The notes under the pieces were generated by a model. That model was not told where the DNA came from. It did no database searches and saw only the letters and a program-made list of their open reading frames with translations. Position numbers and translations under genes: made by a program. A stretch of 64,000 bases of DNA from the NCBI GenBank assembly GCA_051294375.1, contig CM119266.1:1431554-1495553 (forward strand), given 5' to 3'. This DNA is from Paraspadella gotoi (Eukaryota; Animalia; Chaetognatha). Positions 12,396 through 26,804 of this stretch are shown in pieces; the first letter of the stretch is position 1, and every line of letters begins with the position of its first letter.

Positions 12396-13907
12396 GGCGT
12401 CTCTAAATCACTGGCGCTAACTTAATTCTCGTTTTGGGCAAGAGGGACACACGGGAGAAACAGAGAAAAAGAGAAACAGAGAAGAGAGAGCAGAGAGAGA
12501 GAGAGAGAGAGAGAGGGGGTTTTTAAGTCTTTAAGTAAGTCAGAATTGGAAGCGGAATTCTGGCAGATTGACTCAGTTCCGTCGAACTCTGAGGAAACTA
12601 GAAACGAAGTTCTGCATACGGAGTTTTTTTCGACAGTAGACTTCAGTCTTAAAAAAAGATATTTATTAAATAATAAGCTCAAAATTTAAATCTTTAAAAA
12701 TATTTAGCGAATTTAAGCATATTTGGCAGAATTTGTTTTATCCATCATTAACAAAATTTTGCTCAAATGTGTTACTTATGATGGATTCATTAAAATCCCT
12801 TAAGATCATGAGTCAGAGGAAGCAAAGGCGTTCACAAAGAGACCTCGAAACAACGCCGATCGCTGATTGGTTAAAAATCAGGAGACTCTCATTGGACGAA
12901 TTTAATGCAAAAGAATGCAGTTTTTAATTCTTACCGATATGACAGTTACAATATGAGTCACCATTAGCATATTTATGAATATTTGAGCGAGATGGGAGGT
13001 AATTTTGTATTCTGGAAACAGAAACTTGTAACACAAGGTTAATAAACTCACTACCCGAAGTTTCCAATGAGACATCATACATACATCATTCTTTTTAGAA
13101 AGACATTTATTGAAAAGCCTAATATCTAAAAATCGAGTCATTCTTGGGCATAAATCGTAGCTTATTGACGGAGTCTTAAGTTAACCAGCGCCATTTAGTT
13201 TTCATTAACTAGAACGGTGTTGTGGCGAAGTGACTTTATTTTCACGCGTATTTCCCTTTGATCACATGATATGACAATACATGACGTGACATGACATGAG
13301 TAAAAAACTTTATGACATGCATTGCATCGAATCCTTTCCTTCCGTACAGTTTTAGGATTTCCCGAAGGCGAGTGCTCGCGGCGCAACTAAAAAACGAAAT
13401 TCGGATCAACGTTTCTCGTGCCTCGACTCTCCAGCGGTTTTCTCGCTCTGTGCCGAAGATCGAGATTAAGATCAGACGAGACTTTAGAATTGCTTGTTCG
13501 GTAAGCATTGCTTGTTCTCTTCCACTGAAGCGTGAAAACGAGAGAAGGCTGACTTGGGTTCTTGGGGTGGGGGAGGGCCGGGTGAGGTTTGTTTGTTTTT
13601 TTAAAAAAAGGAAAAAGGGATGGAAGTTAGGAGAATGCAGATTTTTACGGGTGATCGAAAAATCAGTGGGAGGGTCAATTCAACAGGAAATGATTTGTGA
13701 TTTGAAAGAAGGTGGGAGTTTCGACAAGGAATGTCATTTCAAAAAGACAAAACATACGATATAATAGGACAAAGCGTGATTTCAAAATGACAGATCGGGT
13801 GATAGGAAAGGAGGCACCGCGCCGAGGAAAAAAAAAACCCTTTAATCTTATTCGGTCCATCGATTTCCAGAGGGCGACGGCCGCTTCGACAGCGCGCTAA
13901 CGCCGCG

Positions 13908-13953
13908 ACGCCGCCCCGACGCCGCCCCGACGCCGCCCCGACGCCGCCCCGAC
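13908..13953. repeat. GC-rich 11-bp tandem repeat ACGCCGCCCCG x4
   Basis: Visible here, at ~33255-33300 (inverted) and at ~40290-40333. Confidence 0.85.
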
Positions 13954-16200
13954 GGTCCTACGGGTCCCAAGGCTCTCTTTGGGTTGAGTGATGAGCGTTC
14001 GGGATCGAGTGATCTTTTCGGGTGATTAGTCTCCGCGCAGAATGATCGGCTCGGGTGATGCGATCTTTTTTTAGGAGAGGGGAGGAGTGGTTTTTCCCGT
14101 GAATAGAGAAGATGACGCAGACCCAGATTTACGTCACATCAATCACTGCCACGTTTTCCTCTTTATTTCCACCCAGGATGATCCCCATGAATTTAAGTCC
14201 CTATAACTCTTTCGATATTTGCAAAAAAACCCGAGTAAAAACCGCGATTTTTTTTAAACTCGAATTTACTTATTACTTTTGACGATTGAGGATAATCATC
14301 GCCATATTGCAAAAACTTAATCCGAACTTCCTAAAAAACACTGAATCTCCTATCCCTTCCGAACGGTAAGGCGAATTAGCGACGACTGCCGCGGATAAAA
14401 TTTAACTCAAGCTAAAACCTTGCGAACCGGCTGACTTAACCCACTTACACGACGCCGCAGGCTCATCTCTGACGGCATCCCTAGACGCAAGAACACCTCC
14501 CCGGTCGTCCGTCTCCTGTAGGCTTGGCCGCGCATCCAGAGATAAATCTCGATGGAAGTAAATTACACTCCGCATTCCCATCTCACCTCGGCCCGTTCTA
14601 CACACGTATCGTCGATCCTCCCCGACGACGCTGTGCCCACAGAGGAAGTCCACCCTGCTCACCGTTGAAAGACACGCATATGCGACTGATGCGCCGAGGG
14701 AAATATCGCGTGAAAAGTCGCGAAAACTCACGGCTGAGCTGCACGTTGTCGAATCGATACGAGTAAGGTTGGATAAAAGAATTTCCGCGGATTCGACGAC
14801 CCCAAAGGCGATTGGATCGGTCGACGGTCCGTCATCGTTTGTAGAAAGGGAATTTACATAACACGGGTGATAGGAGAGCTGGTTCAATATATTTTTAGAT
14901 AGTAGTCGGGGATCAGAGAGTCAGGAGGAGAGGAAGATACTTGTATGTAGAGAGAGAGCGCAGTGGGAGAGACAGGCGTCCGTACCGAGAACACGGAGAG
15001 TCGAGAGGCAGGGGTACAATGCACTCCGATATCACAGGATGGGTCAGCGTGTCAACGCAGAATAGAAATATGACAGAATTTAAATCACTTGTATTTGGGC
15101 TAGGGGAGTGTAGAAACTCAGAGGCGCGAGAATAAAATATTTTAAAAACGAGGACTAAGCTGCAGTTATCAATCACTTTTAAAGCAGGGTATAGTTAAAA
15201 AGACCAAAAATGCTCACTGTATACCAAATGAATAGAAGCGAATTACGGTCGTCGCTCGAGAGATTTAAGCAGAAACGTATACAAAGGATTTGAATAAGTA
15301 CGGGTTATTTTTTTACAGCACGGCGCTGGGCGAAACTGATGGCTGCACCGGGATATGTTTTTGATATCATGGCTTTATACTCAGTGAGTGTCGGAGTGAC
15401 TAACAGCAAGTCACGTTTAGTCTTTAGTTCCCACTGAGGTCAGCCGTGTTTATTTACGGTATGCGGGCGAGCGTAGGATCTAAGATTTATTATTCCCGGG
15501 GCAATCTAGATGTTCAGATTGGAATGAATAGTGACTATTGAGAAAAATCCGTATACCTTTGTATCAGGTGACGGCTTCAAATTCGTGCTAATGGAGGATT
15601 CGGATGATGAATTGTATTTGTATACGCATAAGCTGCTCAGCATCTCCTATTTGAAACAAAGGGACATTTTTCGAGCGTCAAGATAATGAAGTCGAGTTCC
15701 ACGCAAGTTGAAAGCAGGAGAGTGGGCTTTGAGAGACGCAAAGTTTTTCGACGATCTCGGGCCAAAAACGTTGACACACTATTTTTCGCATGTGCAAGGG
15801 AGTAGGTCTCGATACGCCGAAAGTTGATCAAGTGGCAGTAAGTCTCGACCAATAACAAAGGAGAGTGTCTCGGCAGAAGGACTAGCCTTGATTTTATGGA
15901 GTACGGAGGCGGAAACACCGTGGGACTTGATCCCTAAAGTGATAAGGAGGCTGACAGGCGACCTAACATTATCGTTTATGGTGAGGGAAAGGCTTCCTTT
16001 TCATCTCTTTCTGCACGCACGCCCTGATGGAACACTTGTTCCGTGCCCTCCGACGACACGTCCACTCTCTTTGGGGGGCGCGACGCGGCGGGACGTTCTC
16101 GGCGGGGGGGCGGGGACCGCTTTTGTGACATTCTTCTACAAATCTGTCGACGCACAGTGCTTGTATACATATATTCTGTAATATTTAGGATGATAACTAC

Positions 16201-16233
<33 letters not shown>

Positions 16234-16563
16234 ATCTCTCTCTCCCTCTCTCTCTCTCCCTCTCTTCTCCTCCCTCCCTCCCCCTCTCTCGACTTCGTCG
16301 AAGGGTCATTGATCTTTCGATCTTTCCGGTCAAAGGATCTTTTCGGTTTAGCGAAGGATCTTTTTTCTGCTCAGAGAAACTCTAACGGCGGTTACATTCC
16401 ACGGAGCCGTCCTCACTCCGGCCCGCCTGCCATACCAACCCCCACCCCAGCAGCCTGATCCACCCTCTCCCGACTCGATCTCCGCCCCACCCTCTCGCCT
16501 TTTGTATGTCTTCTGCTGGCGCGAGAAGGAGAGANNNNNNNNNNNNNNNNNNNNNNNNNAGAA

Positions 16564-16713
<150 letters not shown>

Positions 16714-17382
16714 GAGACAGACACAGCTTTTCCGGTTATTTTTTTCCCGGCAGTCTGAAGTCTTCTGTTTTTGCTATCTTCTCTCTCTTCTATCTCTTCT
16801 GTCTCTCTACTATCTTCTCCGTTCTTTATCTCTTCTGTCTTTTCCTTCTAAAACCACAATCCCGCCACTCCTTCCGGCTCGCGGGATTCTTCCTACAAAT
16901 GTCTTCGACGCACAGTGCTTGTTCAGTAAATTCTGTTTCTGGGTGAGAAGTTTCGACGACTGATCTTTGCGCTCTCTCTCTCTCTCTCTCTCTCTCACCC
17001 TCTCTCCCTCTCTCTCTCTCCCTCCCTCCCTCCTCCCTCCCTCCCTCTCTCGACTTCGTCGAAGGGTCATTGATCTTTCGATCTTTCGGTCAAAGGATCT
17101 TTTCGGTTTAGCGAAGGATCTTTTTTCTGCCTCAGAGAAACTTCAACGGCGGTTACATTCCACGGAGCCGTCCTCACTCCGGCCCGCCTGCCATACCAAC
17201 CCCCACCCCAGCAGCCTGATCCACCCTCTCCCGACTCGATCTCCGCCCCACCCTCTCGTCCTTTTGGTATGTCTTCTGCTGGCGCGAGAAGGAGAGAGAA
17301 GCTTTGTAGCTGAAGTGACTGTCTGTCTTTCCGTTTCTCCATAAATATAGTTAAATTTAGTTATAATGAGTAGTAAATAGAT

Positions 17383-17625
17383 AAGAGAGATTGGGGAGAT
17401 AAATAGATTAAAGAGATTGGGAAGATTAAATAGATTAAGAGAATTGGGGAGATTAAATATGATAGAGAGATTGGGGAGATTAAATAGATTAGAGAGATTG
17501 GGGAGATTAAATAGATAGAGAGATTGGGGAGATTAGAAAAGGGAGAAAATTTAGAAAAAAGAAAGAATAGAAAATAATAGAATATAATAGAATAGAATAG
17601 AATAGATAGAATTAGAATAGAATAG
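17383..17625. repeat. 27-bp minisatellite (AGAGAGATTGGGGAGATTAAATAGATT, ~6 copies) followed by (AATAG)n
   Basis: Visible tandem units; copies at ~30385-30617, ~32010-32270 (inverted) and ~41325-41572. Confidence 0.9.
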
Positions 17626-19605
17626 AGAGAAAAGAGAACAAAGTCACCCAAACAAAAAAATAGTAAGTTAAGCCAAGATAAGTTGATGACAGATCCCATA
17701 AAGATACAAAGCCTCCCCTTTATTTTTTTAGCTAACGCTGACAAAGCTGTCTTGTCACTGCGTTTGATCTTGTTCGGCTTGAGGTTTTCGACATCGATAA
17801 AGTTTTTTCTTGAAGAAGTAAAATGTCGCGGGACGTCGATTTATTTTCACTCCCAGTTTCCCGACCACCAAGTTTCACGAAGTTTCTAACAATTCTTTTT
17901 TTTGCCGTGAATTTAAATTATATTTGACTCGAAAATGCGAAATATTTAACACAAAATTTACGAATATATACGACACCACCAACGAAATGGAACTCTAGAC
18001 GAAATGGTCAGACTCATGGTTTACCCTGATGATCTAAAAAAAGACTACCAATCGCTTCGCAAGTCCGTCCATTGGTCAATTCCATCGATGATCATTTCGC
18101 TTATTCGCACTTTCCATTTTTTTCTCTTGCCCCCCCCCTCTTTCTTTCTCTCCCCCCGTTCCCCCTTTCTACTCTCAATTACATCCCTCTTTCACCGCCC
18201 CCCTCTTTCTTTCTCTCCCCATTTCCCCTTTCTACTCTCAATTACATCCCTCTTTCCCCCCACGCCCTTCACTCCCTTCTCCACTCACCGGCCCTCAGTG
18301 ACTTTCAACAAAAGGTCGACCCCCGTTTCTCTTTTTCTCTATTTTGTTTTCTAAATTCCGCTTTGCGGATCTGAAGAGAAAAAGGGAGATTGAAAGGAAT
18401 TGATTGTAGGGCCAACCAATAAGCTAATAAGCCGATTGAATGATTGCGTCAAAATGTAATTGATGGTTGAACTCAGCAAAGGCCAAAAGGGATACAAATT
18501 GAATCACACAGCTAAGTGCTCGTCAAGCAGAAGGATTAAAAATATCGGACATTGTCTGCAAAAACTAGAAAAATAAATATAAATTTTGTGAAAATACTAA
18601 AAAAATTAAATATTGCAAAAGTTGACAGTGTAAAGTCCTGACGACGGTATGATCTCGGTCGGTCAGGCGGGCCCGTCTGCTACTGCGTCGGCCTGCGGAG
18701 AGAAGCTGCATGTAAACTAAAGCATATTAACATCTTATACTTAAAATATAAATAGTCATCATTTAACATTTTCACTGGATTGGGAGCCACTCAATGCTTT
18801 TCGCCTTCTATTGCGTTTTCATTGTGAATATTGTGATTATTATTTTTAGTCTGATATAGATGTTGCAGTTGTTCGCCGGCAAGATCAGGCTGCGAACATC
18901 TTATATGCTTTGATTATTTTTATTTAATTAATTTACCAATTAATATTAATAAGACGCCAAGTGGATAGAAAACTATTTATAAGACATTTCAGGCGCCTAG
19001 CGATCCCGATCTTCAGTACGATTCTCTGCCGGACGTCTTCTCCCTCTCCGCTAGTCCGAGGAAGGGGTTCTTTTCAGCATAGTAACTATGGAAATTGTCA
19101 ATATCAATATCACCAGTGATGATTTGAATTCAAACCAACACCAAGAATTTGAATTCAATGTACATATGTCAATTTCAGTCAGTTGAAATGAGGATTTCAA
19201 AAGACGGGGGTAAGTTCTCAATATTTAAAGAAGCACGAAACGTAAGTGCTCAAGGAGGAACGGAGGTATAAGCATCGGTCCATGATGAGGAAACAAAGAG
19301 CGAGACCCTGCTGGAGCGGCGAGACTCTGGTGGAGCGGTAAGACTCTACTGAAGAGGGGGGGCCAACCGAACCCCCACCTGCTGGAGGAATCGCCGAACT
19401 TAGGCGACTTGAAGAGACCCGAAGGGACTTGATGTATTTGCATGCAATGCAACAGGAGCAGAAGGCGAGAATGCCAAGAAAACGCAATCGCGGTCCGAAA
19501 ACAAATCAAGGACGAGGAAAAGAAAAAGACGAGAGAGAGAGAGAGAGAGAGAGTAGAGAGAAGAGAGAAGAGAGAGGGAGAGACGAGAGAGGAGAAGGGG
19601 AGAAG

Positions 19606-19636
<31 letters not shown>

Positions 19637-20469
19637 GGAGTGCCAAAAGTGGGTATTTTCATCTTTGTTGTCTAATCTCTAAAGTAACGGTTTTTTTAAT
19701 GATCCCTTACGGGAACATTGATGTGATTTTAAGTCGTTCCTACGAGATTTTTGTTTATTGATGTCGCTATTGAGATCCTCAAAATGTCGACATTTCTGAT
19801 CGTCTTTGTGACATCTTTGTTCCCCTTGTTTCCGTGGCGTCATCCAACGTTGTTTTCGTTTGAAAAAAAGCAAATGGAAGAAGAGAGGCGTAATCTTTAG
19901 TTTGAATACGATTTTAATGGAAGAAAGAATCATTCGCGTTGGCATTGGCAACCACGACCGTAGAACGTCTCTAATGTTTTTTATTCGTAGTATTTATGGT
20001 TATCCTTTTAAGTAAATTTATTGTTACCATTAAGAATCATGGTATAATTAATTATATTTCATTTCTAAGGTGGGTTATAATTACTATTCTTTGTATTTTT
20101 CTTTTTGTACTCTATCTATTATTTGTTTCTTGAGTTTTTTGAATGCTGAAGAATGAAATATTAAATATATGTTGAATATGAAACTTTAACAAGATTCTCC
20201 TGTCAGCGAGAGCATCACACTCCGCGCAAATGGTTCGTATAATCGTCCTTCGTCCGAGCAGAGTTCTGACGCAGACTTGAGACACAGATGGTTTTTAACC
20301 GGACGTCGCACTTCAACGGATAGATCCCTCCGCTTAATGGATCTTTTCTATCAAAACTTACGCAGATTTCCAAATCAACTGTCTAGGAAGCGTTATTTCT
20401 CCTCTCTCTCTCTCTCTCTCACTCTCTCTCTCCTCTCTCTCTCTTCTCTCTCTCTCTCTCTCTTCTCTC

Positions 20470-20520
<51 letters not shown>

Positions 20521-21277
20521 CCAAAGGCGGCCAAAGCTTCCCCAACCTCCGAGATCCAAGAACCCACCAGAATGTTTGACGGAATAATAAAAGGGCGTGG
20601 CGGCATTTGCCAGTGAGTGCCATTCGGCCGGGAGTGAGTGGCACGTGGGTGAAATGATGAGTGCGTTGAAGATCGAAAGACGACGTTGACTCCATTCTCT
20701 ATCGTCGTTTCGAGTGGGAAGAAAAAAGCAATTACCCTTGTCAAAATGTTGGACGCTTCCTTGGTCGTCGTTCGTGTCGTCGTCGTCGCCGATAAACGCT
20801 GTAATTTTTACCTTTTTTTACTTTTTATTCGACATTGCATCGATCGTCGTCGTCGTCGTCGTCATTTATTTTCTATCTGTCTCCTTTTCTTTCTATTAAT
20901 CAAATGCCTCTACTTTTAATACTTTTTATTATAGTTAATATTTTTCGGTAAAATTACAAGAAAACACTTTTATTGCCTCTGACATTTCATATTTTGTCGT
21001 CGTCGATGTCATTTTCGTCTTCGCGATCGTATCTCTGCGTCTTTTTCATTGTCGGCGTCATTGACCTCCGTCGCTCGATCAGCATCTTCGTGTCATCATC
21101 GTCACTCTACCTTTGTCATTGTCAGTGTTCAGTGACATCGTCAATGGACATCTCACTCCATATTTAATTCGACTCTTTTCTCTTTTTTTTTTTTGCCATA
21201 ATTTGATTTCTCCGTCGCGAGACTAAATTTTTTTTCCCGCGAATCTCTGAGGGGCGAATTACTTTTCTCTCTCTACA

Positions 21278-21362
<85 letters not shown>

Positions 21363-21478
21363 TCCTCTCTTCTCTTTCTTTTTTTTTTCCCTCGTTTAGT
21401 TTTTTTTTTATCATATAATCGCGCAGAGAACATTCCGACGATAAATACTTATTAGTCGACTATCGAACGACGGGCCCA

Positions 21479-21546
<68 letters not shown>

Positions 21547-22204
21547 CTCTCTTAAAATTTGGCTCCCGTAAAAATCGCAGATATGTGAATTGGAATGTCA
21601 ACAAAACTTTTAATTATTTTATAGAGTGCACCGCAACTAATTAAAACAAAATTTATATAAACTGAGACAGATATTTTTGTAATGAATAGACAAATCTCAA
21701 AATTATCAACTTTGTATTCGTGAAAGAGAAGATTCTTATTATAAGTTATTAACAGTTTTTTTTTTTGATATATCATAACATAGACTCTCCAGATGGAAAA
21801 AACGACTTGCAGAGAAACAAAATACAAAAAAAGTTCTGTACGTAAAAGATTATATAAGACAACAGGCCAACAGCTGGAAAGTTGAAAAACAAGCTTTTTT
21901 TTTGTATACTTCATACTTTAATCATTATTACAACTAACGCGAAATGTTTAAACTTAAAACGTTCTGATTTCACGCTGGTATGGAAACATTATAGGAATTT
22001 TCTTACACTATTACTTACTTTCCCAACTCTCTTATATACCGACTTTCTCTGCTTAATCCGTCCCCAAACTGTCGCCTAAGTCGCCTGCATTCATTGTCAA
22101 CAGTTTCAAAAAGATCTCGCCGATTTATTTATCCGTAGGGGAGGAGAGAGAGAGCAGAGAGAGAGAGTAGAGAGAGGGAGAGAGAAGAGAGAGAAGAGAG
22201 AGAG

Positions 22205-22244
<40 letters not shown>

Positions 22245-22493
22245 GTGACGCCTTTACAAAATTTCTTCGGACTTTGCCTTCAAATCTCTTTCCCTTTTTT
22301 TTCTTCGCATAAGACGTTATAACCTTTTTTCCCTCTTTGATGAGTCTTTACCGAATCGAAACCTTAATTTCTCGGCCACAGTAAAGACTGCGAAAAGGAA
22401 GATGTTGCCGGAAAGCGAATCAGTCACTTTGCATGAAAAACGAAGAAATAAAATTATTCGTTGTTGAACGACTCCGGATCGACAAGAGACTAA

Positions 22494-22565
22494 CTTACCG
22501 ACACTTTACATTACTTTTACCGACACTTTACTTACTTTACCGACACTTACATTACTTTACCGACA
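22494..22565. repeat. 21-bp tandem repeat TTACCGACACTTTAC(A/T)TTACT, 3-4 copies
   Basis: A cleaner copy lies at ~46333-46404. Confidence 0.8.
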
Positions 22566-24166
22566 TCGTCGTTGCCGACATCGCACACTCCACTTGCCAA
22601 GACATCTCAAACAATCTTGCCAATTTTACGCTATTTTTTTTTTAAAATCCATAATAGTCAATATTTAATCCATGATATTTTCTTATTTTCAACCGATTGG
22701 ATAATCCAATATAATAATCAAAGCAAAACAAGATATAAAAAAAAAATTGTTTTCAATAGTCGAACGAAAATATTAGTAAAGAAAATAAATTCATCAATAT
22801 CATTTTAATTTTTTTTTTTTGTTTGCAAAACTTATTTCTAACGCAGATATAGCTCTGTTCCTGAATCCGATCTCAAGTTTCCTTAAACTCAAAACTCGAT
22901 TTTCTTTCTTTTTTTTTGTCGTTTTATTTTCCTTATTTTAACCTTACCTTAATTTTTTCCAGAGGTTATTTTTTGCGGCAAATTTTCGCCGCAAAACTGG
23001 CTGTTCGTACTTGTAGCTTCTCTCTCCAGGGTTTTTGACTTTAAACATAATCATTGATATCAAATGAATTTATCTGTCAAAAGAGATTTCCCATTTTTAA
23101 ATCCATTATTATAACTATTTCTTTTTTCAGCTCTATTTTCAGTCCTAATCTGGTTCCCAACCCTTTTTTTTACTTTCCACTCATTCTTCTATTTTACCTC
23201 AACCACGCTAGTATTTAAATCTTCTTTTTTCTGTATTTCGCCTAAACTGATTTGGGATAAAAAAAAAAAACCAACCCAAATTTCCCGACTCACATTATTT
23301 TTTTTTTTTTTGACGAAAAAGCAACTTGTTCCCAGTGATTTTTTCACACCTGTTAGTATTACTACATATTTTTTTCTATAGCTTTTTTCTGTCGTTGGTT
23401 TTCTTGTTTTTCTACATCTCGTTAACAAATCGGCATCATAATCGCAGCAAATTCCTCGCCCCCACTTAAAAAAAAATTCCCTGAAATCGATTGGGATGAC
23501 ATTGGAAATTCTTGCCGTCCAACCGATGCTATTAGTTTTATTTGACTATATTGCCATTCCTTTGCTATTTTCAAATTAATATTATTGCTATTTGTCAATT
23601 TATGTTCATTATGGTTCCATGCGCCGATATCTCCCCTACCGATTTTAATGCGAATTGTAGTGATATTAGAATATTTGGGCCAGACGATTCGCGGACGAAT
23701 TTTTAGTTAAACTTCAGACAATACAATTTAAGCCGAAAATGTGCAAATCGGCACGTGACTAAATTTTTTAATCATCCACAACCGAGCCAATTTCAACGCT
23801 CAAATTACCGGGAATTTTTGGTTTTTTTTACTGACTTTATTCGAAAAAGAGCACATGTAGATTACACTTTGGTTGCTGTCATTTTAACGGCCGGCTCGGC
23901 CTCCGCTCGGATTCAGGCGTCAACTAATGTCATTAGTAATGTGTTGATCGATTTGGAATAAAATATCAACGGACATCGAAACTAAACACAACGAAAATAA
24001 AAACGAAATGAAAAAAAATCCGTTTAAATCGCAAAATATAATTTTTTTAAAAAAGAAAACTGCGCGCGCTTCATAATTTCGCGAAATGACGTGAATACCA
24101 CCGGTTTTAATAAAAAAAAATTAAGACAATCAAAATGATTTGGATTAAAAAATAAGTCAATAAAAA

Positions 24167-24770
24167 ATGGCTCGCTTCTACGACAGCAAAGACGATAGCA
24201 CTTCGGGAGAAAGTGGACCCAGTGAATCTTGTCAGGATAGACGGAGAAAAATCTTGGCAATGTGTCACGAAGAGAATCTTGATAAGGGCGAAAAAAAGAA
24301 TGACAAAGTGAGTGACAGAGATAAAGACGGGGAATGCGAAAACGACAATGTCAATTGAGATAGACAAAGACAATTCAGCCGAAAATGACAATGTCGACTG
24401 AAAGAAATGACGCGATCGAACCTCCAGAGAGGTCTCTCCCGGCAGCGTCGGCGAAAGTTTCTGAGGGCAGCCGTCGGCGAGAGCTACGTCGGCAATGTCG
24501 CCGACGGAAGCGTGGGCGGAGGCGTGGGCGGAAGCGTGGGCGGAAAGGGCGTGGAGAAGCCCAGAAGACGCCACAGCGACGAAGACAAGTGGATGGCGAA
24601 AATGAGGGAGAAGAGGCTGAGCCGAATCTCGACCTTTACGACTCTCCGAAGCATTTCTTTTCCACGACGTCTCTTGAATTCGATAGAGCGTTAGACAATT
24701 ATAAATTTGCATTAATTTAAATGGTTGTAGTAATATTTTGTAGAGAATATTAAGTATAAAGCCTCTTTAC

Positions 24771-24814
<44 letters not shown>

Positions 24815-26770
24815 CTCTCTCTCTCCTCTCTCTCTCTTCTCCTCTCTCTCTCTCTCTCTCTCTTTCTTCTCACATTTTTCATCTTTGATCGTGGTAATGA
24901 AATGAAATATTATTCATATCTGTAAAGTTTACATATTAGTTAAATTTTCAGTTTAAAAACATATTCAGATTTTACATACCTTCTGTATTATAAATTCTAT
25001 CCTAAGATATTCCTTTACTTAACCAGGAAACCGATATGGCACGGGTCAACATCGAGACGTCTTTTTTTCAACGTAAACCTCGGACTGACGAAGCCCCGCG
25101 GTCTAACGTTTCGCTAGATTCCGTCAGATGTCGAAGCACGTCGCGAATATTTTTCGAAAGATGGACAAATGAACAGAGTCAGTTTAAGAGTTTTCGGGAA
25201 AGCTCGTCGTCGCTCTCTCGGCATGACCGGTGTAAAGGAGCGGAGAGAGGGAAAGAGGGAGGTATGGAAGCGTAGGGCGAGAAATGCAAGAGACTTTGTA
25301 ACATAAAAGAACGTAAACGATGTTTACATTATTGAAAAGAAATAGAGAAGCAAAAAAGAAAAAAAAGGTAGGCCAGTTAGTAAGTATATAGTATATAAAA
25401 AAACAAATTTGTCATCAATCATTTTAATCATCAATAAATCAATCAATCAAATCAATCAATCAAATCAATTTTTTTTTCCGTACCGCAGCACCGCTTTACA
25501 TCTCATCGAAGCAAGCACCGTCTCCTGACTTCTCCCCCGCCTCATTCGCCCGCAGCGACGCCGCTGACGCCCGTCTTCAAGCGATCGACGCCGCAGCGAC
25601 AGCGTGTGCGGCGCTGCGCCCGCACGACGCTCCGCCACTGGGGGCGTTGGAGTCGCGGCATGAGGAAGTCACCGTTGACGAGACTTCTCGACGCCCAAGT
25701 TGGAGATTAATTCCAGCCGGGATTTTAATCATTCGCAAGATCAATCCAATTTATTCAATATTAATAGAATCATCTCAATCAATTAAAAGGAAAAATCAAT
25801 CCATCATTCAATCGTTAAATCTAATCAATCAACTAGATCAAACAGTTTATAATCCATGTCAAGCAAGTTTAGTAGCAATCGCCTAAATCAATCGTCAAAA
25901 TTAATCTACCAATGAATTAAATAAATTGAAAAATATATCAACCAATGAATGAATATATCAATCAATCATCAGTGTTTCAATCGCATCGTATCATTCAAAC
26001 CACTGATTTATCAATCAATTATAAGCCAATTCAATCGACTTCCCCAGGGTTTTTGACTGAGAATTCCGAATTTTCGTCTCTCTTTCTAATTCTAAAAAGT
26101 GGGGAAGAGAAAAGGAAATTCGTGGAGCGGAATTCAATCTGAAGACCTCGGCTGGCAGGAAGGGAAAGAACAAAGGACGGCGAACAACAAAGGAGGCAGG
26201 AAGAAACAAAGGGTGAGAATAAACAAACGGCGCAAAGAACAAACACGTGTGGAACAACGAATAGAAAAACGTCGCGAAGAACAAAAACGCAAAGAACAAA
26301 AAAGGCGAAGAACAAAAGAAGAAAAAATCAAAAACAGAACAACTTCACGAATATGAAGAAAAAAGTTTCGTGAAGATTTGCAGAAAAAGAGCAACAACAA
26401 CAACAATTAAGGTACGGAACGAACGATTACAAGAAAGGACAAAAGCAAAGATTAGAACAGGAAACGAATAATCGAGAATCAGAAGGAGCGAAAACAATCC
26501 TCTGAAAAAAGCGCATAGTGAGAACAAGGAGACTGAAAACATTAGCGAAATTGCGGAGAAGAAGAGAAACGATCGTATCGAGACGAACTTCTTCCAGCGA
26601 CTTTCAACCTAAGAAAATCATCAACGAACATTTTCATTCGTCGCAGAATTATTCGTCTCGCAGCGAGAGAATCCAACTCATTCTTCAACGAGCATCGGAA
26701 TCCTCCAAGTCTGAAGATGCTTCAGCCGTGACAGCAATTCAACCGAGACGAACAGTCCAACAGCTTCCGA

Positions 26771-26804
<34 letters not shown>

